Assembly (NCBI GenBank): GCA_039806005.1
Contig: JBDKLM010000044.1
Span: 45,275-109,274, forward strand
Direction of reading: 5' to 3'
Origin: Pseudomonadota bacterium
Lineage (GTDB): Bacteria > Pseudomonadota > Gammaproteobacteria > Burkholderiales > Burkholderiaceae_D
DNA length: 64,000 bases
Part shown: piece after piece, positions 10,405 through 20,908 of the stretch
Layout of the letters: each line of letters starts with the position of its first letter
How positions within the stretch are numbered: the stretch's first letter is position 1
Notes under the pieces: model-generated
What the model was told of the DNA's origin: nothing
The model's database searches: none
What the model saw: only the letters and a program-made list of their open reading frames with translations
Position numbers and translations under genes: made by a program

Positions 10405-11087
10405 GCGCCCACCTCGCTGTCGGCATCATGCACGGCGGCGACTTTGCCGCGCGCCAGTTCGAACACGCGATCGGCACCTTGCAACAGACGTTCGTCATGC
10501 GTGGAGATGATGCAGGTGACACCGGCAGAATTAAACGTGTGCAGCATGTCGATTACGCCTTTCGCGCTGGCGCGATCCAGATTGGCGGTGGGTTCGTCAG
10601 CGAGAATGATGCGCGGCTTGTGAACAATGGCACGTGCGATCGAGACGCGCTGTTGCTCTCCACCCGAGAGCGACATGGGTGTCGAGAGTGCTTTGGCATC
10701 CAGCCCAACTCTTTCGAGCGCGACCATTGCGCGCTGTTGCGCTTCCTGCGGCGATGCGCCGGTGACGATCAGCGGAAGCATGACGTTATCGAGGACGTTG
10801 CGGTCATGCAGGAGTCGGTGTTGCTGAAGAATCAGACCTAGTTTGCGACGTAAAAATGGCAGCGTGGTCCGATTCAGTTTGCGCATGTCCTGCCCACTCA
10901 CCAGTAATACACCGCCGGTGGGGCGCTCGATGCCGGCGATTAACTTGAGTAATGTGGATTTGCCGGCGCCCGAAGGGCCTGTCAGAAAAACCAGCTCCCC
11001 TTCGTTGACGGACAGTGTGAGGTCGGCGAGAGCGACGACATCGCCTGGATACTTCTTGGTAACGTGGGAAAACGAAATAATGGACAT
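10401..11087 (-). CDS. ftsE: Cell division ATP-binding protein FtsE
   Basis: Walker A GPSGAGKST, LSGGEQQR and ILADEPT; between ftsY and ftsX. Confidence 0.93.
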   Translation of the reverse strand: MSIISFSHVTKKYPGDVVALADLTLSVNEGELVFLTGPSGAGKSTLLKLIAGIERPTGGVLLVSGQDMRKLNRTTLPFLRRKLGLILQQHRLLHDRNVLDNVMLPLIVTGASPQEAQQRAMVALERVGLDAKALSTPMSLSGGEQQRVSIARAIVHKPRIILADEPTANLDRASAKGVIDMLHTFNSAGVTCIISTHDERLLQGADRVFELARGKVAAVHDADSEVGA

Positions 11088-11159
11088 CGATTATGTGCGC
11101 GATCGTTGGTCGGTTAAAAAGACAGGTGTCACACGTAGTGCTACGAAAGGCATGCGGTA

Positions 11160-12158
11160 TCAGCCGAGCAGGGCATCAACGAACTCTGTCGCCACGAAGG
11201 GTTGCAAGTCATCAATCGCCTCGCCAACGCCGATGAAATATACAGGTATCGGTCGCTGCGCAACGATTGCAGCCAGCACACCACCCTTGGCCGTGCCATC
11301 CAGCTTGGTGACGATCAGTCCTGTCAAGGACAAGGCATCATCGAAGGCCTTTACCTGAGCAAGTGCATTCTGGCCGGTATTGCCATCAATGACCAGCAGC
11401 ACTTCGTGCGGTGCACCTTCCATGCCCTTGCCTATCACGCGACGGATTTTTTTCAGTTCATCCATCAGATGCAATTGCGTCGGGAGTCGGCCTGCGGTGT
11501 CGATCATCACCACATCGACGCCTCGTGCACGTCCCGCTTGCACCGCATCGAAAGCAATGGCTGCCGGATCGCCGGATTCCTGAGCAATGACAGCGACATC
11601 ATTGCGTTCCCCCCACACCATCAGTTGTTCACGGGCTGCTGCACGAAATGTATCACCCGCAGCCAGCAAGACTTTCTGATCATGGCGCTGCATGTGCTTG
11701 GCCAGTTTGCCTAGGGTGGTCGTTTTGCCCGCACCATTCACGCCAGTGATCATCAGAACCAAGGGTTGCTCGCGATTCAGTTCCAGTGGTTTTTCCAGCG
11801 GCTTGAGCAAGGCGATCATCAGCTCGCGCAGTGCATGTTTCACTTGGGCCGTGTCGGTCAGCTTGTCCTGCTTTACGCGTGCCTTGAGCGCATCGAGTAA
11901 TTGCGTGGTTGCCGCAACGCCGGCATCTGCCATCAGCAATGCAGACTCCAGCTCTTCATACAGAGCTTCATCTATCTTTGTGCCGGTAAAGAGGGTCGAG
12001 AGATTCGATGAAGTGCGGGACAGGCCCGATTTGAGCTTTTGCACCCATGAGGTGCCAGAGGCTGCGACTTGCGCAGTGGATGCATCACTGGTCGCGTTCG
12101 CATCGATCGCGGATGAGACCTCGGTTTCCTGTGATTTTTTTTTGAAAAACTTGAACAT
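11160..12158 (-). CDS. ftsY: SRP receptor FtsY
   Basis: GVNGAGKTTT, DTFRAAA, DTAGR and TKLDGTAKGG; start at MFKFFKKK. Confidence 0.96.
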   Translation of the reverse strand: MFKFFKKKSQETEVSSAIDANATSDASTAQVAASGTSWVQKLKSGLSRTSSNLSTLFTGTKIDEALYEELESALLMADAGVAATTQLLDALKARVKQDKLTDTAQVKHALRELMIALLKPLEKPLELNREQPLVLMITGVNGAGKTTTLGKLAKHMQRHDQKVLLAAGDTFRAAAREQLMVWGERNDVAVIAQESGDPAAIAFDAVQAGRARGVDVVMIDTAGRLPTQLHLMDELKKIRRVIGKGMEGAPHEVLLVIDGNTGQNALAQVKAFDDALSLTGLIVTKLDGTAKGGVLAAIVAQRPIPVYFIGVGEAIDDLQPFVATEFVDALLG

Positions 12159-12263
12159 CGGCGTCCGGGGTGATGCGCAGCGGGGAAAAAGACAAGCGGC
12201 TACAATCAGTCGCTTTGGCGCATTTTCGCGCCAGATGATCCCTATTTTAGCAGAGCAAAGACC

Positions 12264-13646
12264 ATGAAATTTCGTGCGGTGTGGTTGTCGTTTGTCAGTG
12301 GGTTGGTCATGGTGCTCGGTGTCGCCACCGGTGCTGCATGGGCAGGGGCGCAGGAATTCAAACTGGCCAATGGCATGCGCATTATCGTGCAGGAAGACCG
12401 TCGGGCGCCGACGGTTGCGCACATGATCTGGTATCGCGTTGGCAGCATTGATGAGCAGAATGGCACGACGGGCGTCGCTCATGTGCTCGAGCACATGATG
12501 TTCAAGGGTACGGCCAAGCTCAAGCCGGGCGAGTTCAGCGAAAAAGTCGCCGCACTGGGTGGTCGTGACAATGCGTTTACGGGCAAGGATTACACCGCCT
12601 ATCACCAGCAGGTTGAGAAATCCCGTCTCGAGAAAGTCATGGCGCTGGAAGCAGACCGCATGCAGAACCTGAAAATGGACAAGGAAGAATTTGCCAAGGA
12701 AATCCGCGTCGTGATGGAAGAGCGCCGTCTGCGCACCGATGATCAGCCCATTGCCTTGTTGTACGAAGCCCTGAACGCGACAGCCTATGTTTCACATCCG
12801 TACAAGAATCCGGTGATTGGATGGATGGATGATTTGCAGAATATGACAGCGGCCGATGCCTTGGCCTGGTATCAGCGCTGGTATGCGCCCAATAATGCCA
12901 CCATGGTGGTTACCGGTGATGTCGATGCCAAGCAGGTACACGCACTCGCTGAAAAATACTTTGGAAAAATTCCGCCAAAGACACTGCCTAAAATGAAGCC
13001 GCAGCAAGAACCACCGCAAACGGGCATCAAGCGCGTGGTTGTCAAAGCCCCAGCGGAAAATCCCTATCTCGTTCTGGCCTTCAAGGTACCCAAGCTGATC
13101 GACGTCGAAAAAGATGACGAGTCGCACGCGCTTGATGTGCTGGCAGCTGTGCTCGATGGTTATGACAACGCACGTTTGCCGGCAAAATTGGTGCGTACCG
13201 ATCGCGTGGCGAACTCGGTTGACGCCAGTTATCAGGGCACGGCGCGTGGTCCGGTGATGTTCACGCTCTCGGGTGTTCCCGCCAAGGGCACCAGCGTTGC
13301 CCAGCTTGAGCAAGCCTTGCGCGCCGAAGTTGAGCGCATCGCCAAAGACGGCGTCTCGCCAGAAGAGCTCAAGCGCGTCAAGGCGCAGCTGATTGCCAGT
13401 CAAGTCTACAAACGCGATTCTGTTTTCGGGCAGGCGATGGAAATTGGCGTGACAGAAATGTCGGGCATTTCCTTCCGTCAGATCGATCGCATGATCGAAA
13501 AGCTGGCCGCTGTCACGCCAGCGCAAGTACAGGCAGTCGCGCAGAAATATTTTTCCGATGATCAGCTGACGGTCGCCACACTCGAACCCTTGCCCGTTGC
13601 AGCGCAGGCCGAGCGCAAGCCCGATGTTTCTGGTCTTCGTCACTAA
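12264..13646 (+). CDS. M16 family zinc peptidase, catalytic subunit
   Basis: Signal peptide; inverted zinc motif HVLEH; EERRLR. Confidence 0.9.
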   Translation: MKFRAVWLSFVSGLVMVLGVATGAAWAGAQEFKLANGMRIIVQEDRRAPTVAHMIWYRVGSIDEQNGTTGVAHVLEHMMFKGTAKLKPGEFSEKVAALGGRDNAFTGKDYTAYHQQVEKSRLEKVMALEADRMQNLKMDKEEFAKEIRVVMEERRLRTDDQPIALLYEALNATAYVSHPYKNPVIGWMDDLQNMTAADALAWYQRWYAPNNATMVVTGDVDAKQVHALAEKYFGKIPPKTLPKMKPQQEPPQTGIKRVVVKAPAENPYLVLAFKVPKLIDVEKDDESHALDVLAAVLDGYDNARLPAKLVRTDRVANSVDASYQGTARGPVMFTLSGVPAKGTSVAQLEQALRAEVERIAKDGVSPEELKRVKAQLIASQVYKRDSVFGQAMEIGVTEMSGISFRQIDRMIEKLAAVTPAQVQAVAQKYFSDDQLTVATLEPLPVAAQAERKPDVSGLRH

Positions 13647-13678
13647 AAATCTCGCCGAGCTATCAACCAGGAAAGACG

Positions 13679-15004
13679 ATGTTGAAAAAATTTCTGATCA
13701 TTGCAGCGCTGTGTATCACCGGTACGGCGCATGCAGCCTTGAATATCCAGCACTGGACACTGCCCAATGGTGCGCGCGTGTATTTCGTGGAGAACCACAC
13801 GATTCCGATTCTGGATGTGAACGTGGATTTCGATGCCGGTGGCCGACGAGATCCGGCGGGCAAGTCTGGCATGGCCTCGCTGGTCAATGCCATGCTCGCA
13901 CGTGGCATTGCGGCATCCACTCTCGCTGACGGCAGTGCCGAACCGGCAATGACGGAATCTCAGATCTCCGATGCAATTGCCGATATCGCCGCACAGCGCG
14001 GCGGTGGTGCGGGCACCGACCGCTCAGGCATGGCGATACGCACGCTGTCCTCCAAATCCGAGCGTGAGCAAGCAGTTCGTTTGCTGGCCCGTCTGCTCGC
14101 CCAGCCAGCGATGCCCGAGGATTTTTTTGCACGTGATAAAGCGCGCACCATTGCTGGCATACGCGAGTCACTGACTAAACCAGAATCCATCGCCAGCAAA
14201 GCCTTCTGGCGCTTGGCTTATGGCGATCATCCCTATGGTGTCGAGGCGACAGTTGAATCGATAGAAGCGATCACGCGCGAAGACTTGCTGAGTTTTCATG
14301 CCAAACACTATGTCGCCAATCGCGCCGTCATTGCGATGATTGGTGATGTCAGTCGCGAAGAGGCGCAGGCAATCGCGCTGGAACTCACTCGTCGCTTGCC
14401 GCAGGGCGAGCCTTTGCCCGAGATGCCCGCAGTCGCCAAGCCCGTCGGCACTGAACAGCGTATTCCCCATGCCGCATCACAGGCACATATCTTGATTGGT
14501 GCACCGACACTCGCGCGCAGCGATCCCGATTTTTTTGCGCTCACCGTGGGTAATTACATTCTTGGTGGCGGTGGCTTCGTGTCGCGCCTGACACGTGAAG
14601 TTCGCGAGAAGCGCGGCCTGGCTTACAGCGCCTATAGCTACTTCAGCGCGATGGCGCAGCCCGGACCGTATCAGGCAGGTTTGCAGACGCGCAAGGACCA
14701 ATCCGAAGAAGCACTCAAAGTCGTGCGCGATACCATCGCGACCTATCTGCGTGACGGTCCCACCGAAGCCGAATTGAAAGCAGCCAAGGACAATTTGATC
14801 GGCGGCTTTCCGCTACGTATCGATAACAACCGAAAAATTCTGGACAACATGGCAGCTATCGGCTTTCATCAATTACCACTCGATTATCTCGATACCTGGA
14901 CTGCACGCGTGGAAAAAATCACCGTCGCTGACATTCGTGCCGCGTTTGCACGCAAGCTGGTGATGAGAAATCTGGTGACGGTCGTGGTTGGTGGTGAAAA
15001 GTAG
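13679..15004 (+). CDS. M16 family peptidase-like subunit lacking the zinc motif
   Basis: Signal peptide; SRL..EVREKRGLAYS motif; no HxxEH. Confidence 0.88.
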   Translation: MLKKFLIIAALCITGTAHAALNIQHWTLPNGARVYFVENHTIPILDVNVDFDAGGRRDPAGKSGMASLVNAMLARGIAASTLADGSAEPAMTESQISDAIADIAAQRGGGAGTDRSGMAIRTLSSKSEREQAVRLLARLLAQPAMPEDFFARDKARTIAGIRESLTKPESIASKAFWRLAYGDHPYGVEATVESIEAITREDLLSFHAKHYVANRAVIAMIGDVSREEAQAIALELTRRLPQGEPLPEMPAVAKPVGTEQRIPHAASQAHILIGAPTLARSDPDFFALTVGNYILGGGGFVSRLTREVREKRGLAYSAYSYFSAMAQPGPYQAGLQTRKDQSEEALKVVRDTIATYLRDGPTEAELKAAKDNLIGGFPLRIDNNRKILDNMAAIGFHQLPLDYLDTWTARVEKITVADIRAAFARKLVMRNLVTVVVGGEK

Positions 15005-15010
15005 CCGCCC

Positions 15011-15625
15011 ATGAGACGCAGGTCTGCTGTTCCCTGGCAGGTGCGCATCATTGCCGGGCAATGGAAGCGCACCCCCTTGCCCGTGCCCGATATCGAAGGA
15101 TTGCGCCCCACGCCTGATCGCGTTCGTGAAACGGTATTCAACTGGCTCGAACATCTGCAGCACCGCAGCTGGCAGGGTCGGCGTTGCCTGGATCTCTTTG
15201 CGGGCACCGGTGCGCTGGGGTTCGAGGCGGCGAGTCGCGGTGCCGAGAGTGTCCTGATGGTGGAATCCCAAGCTGGGGCAATTCAAAGTCTTGAGGCCAC
15301 GCGTGACAAGCTCTCAGCTACTAACGTGCGCATCGAGCGTGGTGATGCCGTGCAGTGGCTGGCGCGCCAGACCCAAAAATTCCACCTGATTTTTCTTGAT
15401 CCACCGTATTCCGAGCAGCGTTTGCCGGACTTGTTGCCCCGCTGTCGGGACTTGCTCATGCCCGGCGGGCTGGTCTATGCTGAAGCAGATCGGCCCTTCA
15501 CGGATCCGGCTGCGGGACCGTGGATGAATGCATGGAAAGTGGTTCGTCTCGACAAGGCGGGCGCGGTGCATTTTGGCCTGTTTGCCCCGGATGACACGGG
15601 GTCAAATCAGGTAAACACCGAGTAG
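15011..15625 (+). CDS. rsmD: 16S rRNA m2G966 methyltransferase
   Basis: RPTPDRVRE, DLFAGTG and FLDPPY. Confidence 0.95.
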   Translation: MRRRSAVPWQVRIIAGQWKRTPLPVPDIEGLRPTPDRVRETVFNWLEHLQHRSWQGRRCLDLFAGTGALGFEAASRGAESVLMVESQAGAIQSLEATRDKLSATNVRIERGDAVQWLARQTQKFHLIFLDPPYSEQRLPDLLPRCRDLLMPGGLVYAEADRPFTDPAAGPWMNAWKVVRLDKAGAVHFGLFAPDDTGSNQVNTE

Positions 15626-15816
15626 AGCCGCCTCTTATGGTGAGCCAGCGCAGCTTTGCCGGGCGGGGCCTGAAAAATCAAGGCCGTGGTGCCGTTTGCC
15701 CACCCCGAAAGTTTCCGGTTTTGTTTGATCAGGGCTGCCTTAGTGCATAATTCGCGTTCTTCGTATTCCGCACGGCAATAAAACTGCCTGCGGCTTCACC
15801 CTCAGAGGACCTCGTC

Positions 15817-16594
<778 letters not shown>

Positions 16595-16665
16595 ATTCAC
16601 TATCGTTCGTTTTCCACGCCTGAAAAATTGACTTATCTCGTCACCGTCAAAGATCAGGGTGAGAA

Positions 16666-17757
16666 TCAGACGTTGAACAAGAAGTTAAGTACATCCCCAT
16701 CCTTGACGATGTATTCCTTGCCCTCGGCGCGCATCTTGCCGGCCTCTTTGGCCCCTTGCTCGCCTTTGTGCGCGATGTAGTCATCAAATGCGATAGTCTG
16801 CGCGCGAATGAAACCCCGTTCAAAATCTGTGTGAATCACACCGGCCGCCTGCGGTGCACTGTCGCCTTGGTGTATGGTCCACGCACGCACTTCTTTCACA
16901 CCCGCGGTGAAATACGTCTGCAGGCCCAGCAACCCAAACGCTGCGCGAATGAGGCGATTCAAGCCCGGTTCTTCCATCCCCATGTCGGCCAGGAAGGCAC
17001 CTTTGTCTTCTTCATCCAGATCGGCAATCTCCGCTTCGATGGCGGCGCAAATCGCGACAATGGGCGCGTGCTGACTATGGGCGTATTCGGTCAATTGATC
17101 CAGTAAAGGGTTGTTCTTGAAGCCGGTGTCCGACACGTTGGCGACATACATCGCGGGTTTGGCCGTAATCAGGCAGAGCGGTTTGAGCAGCGCCATTTGC
17201 TCTTTGTCCAGACCCATTGCACGAACCGGTTTTGCGTCATTCAGCTGCACTTGCACTTTTTCCAGCAGACTCACCAGTGCCGCAGCTTCCTTGTCACCCG
17301 AGCGCGCTTTTTTGGTTTCGCGCTGCACGGTTTTTTCGACGGTAGTGAGGTCAGCGAGCGCGAGCTCGGTCTGAATCACGGCGATATCGTCCAGCGGGCT
17401 CACTTTGCCAGCCACGTGCACGACGTTTGCATCTTCAAAGCAGCGCACGACGTTGACGATCGCATCGGTTTCGCGAATGTGGGCGAGGAATTGATTGCCC
17501 AGACCTTCCCCTTTGGAAGCACCTGCCACCAGTCCGGCGATATCGACGAATTCCACCGTAGCGGCCAGAATGCGTTCCGGTTTGACGATCTCGGCCAGCT
17601 GCGCCAGGCGCGGATCGGGAACCTCGACCACACCGACATTGGGCTCGATGGTGCAGAAGGGATAATTTTCAGCCGGGATACCAGCCTTGGTCAGTGCATT
17701 GAAAAGCGTGGACTTGCCGACGTTGGGCAGACCAACGATGCCGCATTTGAGACTCAT
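16666..17757 (-). CDS. ychF: Redox-regulated ATPase YchF (363 aa)
   Basis: [22 protein letters not shown] and DIAGLV. Confidence 0.97.
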   Translation of the reverse strand: MSLKCGIVGLPNVGKSTLFNALTKAGIPAENYPFCTIEPNVGVVEVPDPRLAQLAEIVKPERILAATVEFVDIAGLVAGASKGEGLGNQFLAHIRETDAIVNVVRCFEDANVVHVAGKVSPLDDIAVIQTELALADLTTVEKTVQRETKKARSGDKEAAALVSLLEKVQVQLNDAKPVRAMGLDKEQMALLKPLCLITAKPAMYVANVSDTGFKNNPLLDQLTEYAHSQHAPIVAICAAIEAEIADLDEEDKGAFLADMGMEEPGLNRLIRAAFGLLGLQTYFTAGVKEVRAWTIHQGDSAPQAAGVIHTDFERGFIRAQTIAFDDYIAHKGEQGAKEAGKMRAEGKEYIVKDGDVLNFLFNV

Positions 17758-17953
17758 GGAGAAAATCCTGAAACGTTGAGATGGCGCGAAGCGGGGTGCT
17801 GGTTCGGACGCTGTAAAGGGCTCGAACAAAGCACGGTGCGAAAGGCGCTATTGTAACCAAGCCGGCCAAGGATGAGACCGCAGGCGGGACATTGGAAAAA
17901 TTGTTTACACTGCGCCCGGTCGCACAATAAATGCGCGCTGTGAAAGGATACGA

Positions 17954-18562
17954 ATGAAACGCGTGGTTGATGTTGTTCTTGCACTTGTGCTGATGTTGAT
18001 GGCTTTGCCACTGGCCTTGTTGATTGCCTTACTGATTCGGCTGGATTCACCCGGCCCCATCATGACGCGCTCGCACCGGGTCGGCCGCAATGGCCGGATG
18101 GTCAAGGTCTGGGAGTTCCGCACCGCGAACGCCGAGCCGGATGCGATGGAGACCGTTGGCGGCTGTCAGGGTGAAGAGGTGACGCGGATCGGCGCTGTAC
18201 TGCGCAGGCTCGGGATGGGTCGCTGGCCCTTGTTGCTGACGGTATTGCGCGGTGATTTGTCCATGGTCGGGCCGCGCGCTGAATTGCCGCGTTACGTGGG
18301 GTGCTATCCGACGGAAATGCGCAAACTTGTTTTGTCGGTCAAGCCCGGACTCGTCGATCTGGCTTCCGTTGAATTTCGCCAAGAGCAAAACCTGCTGGCC
18401 AGTCTTGAGGGCGAGGCGCTGGAGGAGGCTTATGTCGAGAAAGTGCTGCCCGTACGTCTCGAGTATGCCAAGCGCTATATCGAAAGCCAGAGTTTGCTGA
18501 CGGATATTCGTATTTTGCTGGGTGCAGCAGTGGCGCCCTTGCTGCCCGCTAAAGCGGCCTGA
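17954..18562 (+). CDS. Small monotopic phosphoglycosyltransferase (sugar transferase) homologue with degenerate active site
   Basis: KRVVD, re-entrant helix with Pro, SPGP, LRGDLSMVGPR, SVKPG; the LDELPQ motif is replaced by MGRWPL. Confidence 0.85.
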   Translation: MKRVVDVVLALVLMLMALPLALLIALLIRLDSPGPIMTRSHRVGRNGRMVKVWEFRTANAEPDAMETVGGCQGEEVTRIGAVLRRLGMGRWPLLLTVLRGDLSMVGPRAELPRYVGCYPTEMRKLVLSVKPGLVDLASVEFRQEQNLLASLEGEALEEAYVEKVLPVRLEYAKRYIESQSLLTDIRILLGAAVAPLLPAKAA

Positions 18563-18635
18563 TCCGGGAGCGAACCCGGCGGTAAAAGGGGGCTCGTCGT
18601 TGAATACGCGGGCCCTATTCGGGCCCGAGCGGTGT

Positions 18636-18658
18636 AAAAAAGCCGCCCGGAGGCGGCT
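18636..18658 (-). terminator. Intrinsic terminator of the H-NS gene
   Basis: Minus strand AGCCGCC-TCCG-GGCGGCT followed by a T run. Confidence 0.75.
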
Positions 18659-18682
18659 ATGCGGTCAAGCTGGTTCGGGCAT

Positions 18683-18982
18683 TCAAGCGCTCTGAATGCG
18701 GAATTGGGCTTTGTCGCGGCCAGCCATCCATTTCGGCGGTTTTCCGCGCCCACTCCAGGTTTCACCAGTGGCGTTATTGCGATACTTGGGTGCCACGGGA
18801 CGGCGGACCATTTTCATGGGCTTTCTCTTGCTGCCAAGTCCCAAATCCTCGGCTGAAAGATTGTATTCCTTCATTTTGGCGTGAATATCTGCAATCGCAT
18901 TGGTCAGCTCATTTTTTCTGGCCAGTTCAGCTTCCTTTTGCAGTTTCTCAATTTGACTCTGCAGTTCCTTGTAGCTCGTCAT
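18683..18982 (-). CDS. hns: H-NS family nucleoid-associated protein (99 aa, betaproteobacterial type)
   Basis: N-terminal coiled coil SYKELQSQIEKL; C-terminal APKYRN..TGETWSGRGKPPKWM. Confidence 0.92.
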   Translation of the reverse strand: MTSYKELQSQIEKLQKEAELARKNELTNAIADIHAKMKEYNLSAEDLGLGSKRKPMKMVRRPVAPKYRNNATGETWSGRGKPPKWMAGRDKAQFRIQSA

Positions 18983-19487
18983 TTCAATCCCCCATCAAGT
19001 GAAGTTTCATTCAACACACAACCTGTCGGACATTGTTGTGGCCAGTGCGCGCATTATAGGCGAGATATTATCAAAAAAGTATTAATAGTTAACTTTTTTA
19101 TAAAAATAATCCAAGCTGCTGATTTTTATGGACATTCATTAATTACTTTTAATCCATGGAAACATTTTTGCTTTGTTCCCCCCATTAATGCGCCGCGCGA
19201 CTACCGGAGTATCCGAACCATAAACGCTTGAAACTATGGCGTTGAAGCTATTGTTTCATTGCAGGGGCGGAATGCCATTGATATGAATTAGAGAGAGGCT
19301 GAAAAAATCCGCAATGAATGCCGAAGCGGCGCAGCCATGCATTACAACCGGCAGGAAAATCAAATGTCGGCAGATCGTTTTAACCGCCGAAAGTTTCCGG
19401 TGGTTTTTAATCAGCGCTGCAGAAGGCTGGCGCTAAGGCGATTATCCGCATGCGTGGTACAGCCAAGCGAACAACGGGGAGCGAGAT

Positions 19488-20081
19488 TCACACACCAGAG
19501 GCTGATTTTTTGTCGGTATGCAGTTCCATCATCGCCTGCTCGAATCGGCCTTCGCAGAGCAGAGGGATCACGGACAGACTTCTGTCGATGCTGTCATCAA
19601 TCAGCGATTGCTCCTCCTTGCGCGGGCGGTGGAGGACGAAATCGACGACGGCTTGTTGCAGCTGCAGCTCGCGCGGATGCCCAATGCCTATCCGCAGTCG
19701 CCAATAATCCTGTGTGCCGAGTGCAGCGGTAATGTCCTTGAGTCCGTTATGACCGCCGGATGAGCCACCCTTCTTTATCTTGGCACTTCCGGGGGGCAGG
19801 TCCAGTTCGTCATGAACCACCAGAATGGCTTCAGGCGAAATTTTGTAAAAGCGCGCCAGTGCGCCGACGGACTGTCCGGAGCGGTTCATGAACGTCTGTG
19901 GTTCCAGCAACCAGACTTCCTCGCCAGCGATGCGAATTTTCGCTGCCAGCGCATTAAGGCGGGTTTCCCGACGCAATTGGCCAGACGCCAGGCGATCTAC
20001 CAGCCAGAACCCGGCGTTGTGGCGGGTGGCTTCGTATTCAGCGCCGGGATTTCCCAGCCCGACGATCAGGCGTATGGACAT
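19488..20081 (-). CDS. pth: Peptidyl-tRNA hydrolase
   Basis: [21 protein letters not shown] and GGHNGLK. Confidence 0.97.
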   Translation of the reverse strand: MSIRLIVGLGNPGAEYEATRHNAGFWLVDRLASGQLRRETRLNALAAKIRIAGEEVWLLEPQTFMNRSGQSVGALARFYKISPEAILVVHDELDLPPGSAKIKKGGSSGGHNGLKDITAALGTQDYWRLRIGIGHPRELQLQQAVVDFVLHRPRKEEQSLIDDSIDRSLSVIPLLCEGRFEQAMMELHTDKKSASGV

Positions 20082-20157
20082 GTAGGTATTGATGGAGTGG
20101 TCAGCAGAACGATTATCCGACAAGCCGCGACACAGTCCGTGATTGTCGTACGAGTCG

Positions 20158-20188
20158 AAAAAAAGCCCGTCGCACGGACGGGCTTTTT
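20158..20188 (-). terminator. Intrinsic terminator after rplY
   Basis: AAAAAAAGCCCGTCGCACGGACGGGCTTTTT. Confidence 0.8.
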
Positions 20189-20207
20189 CGCCTGATTGCT
20201 CAGCGCA

Positions 20208-20810
20208 TTACTTCTTTTCTTCCGCAGCTGCGGCAGGTTCATCGGCCTTGCTGCCACCTGGCACCGTCGCGGTTGCGATGGTGGGGTTGTCCTTTGCGTG
20301 TACGGCGACTACGCCAGCGGGCAGTTTCAGATCGGCGACGTGGAACGACGTGTTGACCTGCATGCTGGACAGATCGACCTCAACGAATGCCGGCAGATCT
20401 TTCGGCAGGCAGCTGATATCGAGCTCGTTCATCACGTGACTGATAATGCCGCCGGAGAGCTTGATGGCGGGTGAAATCTCGGCGTTGATGAAGTGCAGCG
20501 GTACCTTCATGTGAATCTTCTGGTTCGGATCCACGCGCTGGAAATCAGCGTGCAGTACCAGAGGTTTGAAGGCGTGCATCTGGAAATCACGCAGCAGTAC
20601 TTTCTCGGATTTGCCATCGACTTCCATGTCGAGAATCGACGAGTGAAAGGCTTCTTTTTTCAATGCATGGAACAAAGCATTATGGTCAAGTGCAATGTTG
20701 ACCGGTGCGGCAGTGCCGCCGTAGATGATGCCTGGGGTATGGCCAGCTCTGCGCAGGCGGCGGCTCGCTCCGGACCCCTGCTCAGTGCGTGGAAATGCGA
20801 CAACTTTCAT
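20208..20810 (-). CDS. rplY: 50S ribosomal protein L25/Ctc (long form)
   Basis: [21 protein letters not shown] and KVPLHF. Confidence 0.95.
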   Translation of the reverse strand: MKVVAFPRTEQGSGASRRLRRAGHTPGIIYGGTAAPVNIALDHNALFHALKKEAFHSSILDMEVDGKSEKVLLRDFQMHAFKPLVLHADFQRVDPNQKIHMKVPLHFINAEISPAIKLSGGIISHVMNELDISCLPKDLPAFVEVDLSSMQVNTSFHVADLKLPAGVVAVHAKDNPTIATATVPGGSKADEPAAAAEEKK

Positions 20811-20871
20811 GTGAACTCCTGTTACGGGCTAATTGCCCTTGGTGTTAAGTCCCCCGCGACCAGGGGACCGG

Positions 20872-20898
20872 AAAAAAGACAGACACGACGTGCCTGTC
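20872..20898 (-). terminator. Intrinsic terminator after prs
   Basis: Minus strand GACAGGCAC-GTC-GTGTCTGTC followed by TTTTTT. Confidence 0.7.
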
Positions 20899-20908
20899 CA
20901 AATCAAAT

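Noticed and set aside
19021-19040. lux-box-like ACCTGTCGGA upstream of hns
   Set aside because: Only the left half matches; there is no dyad symmetry.
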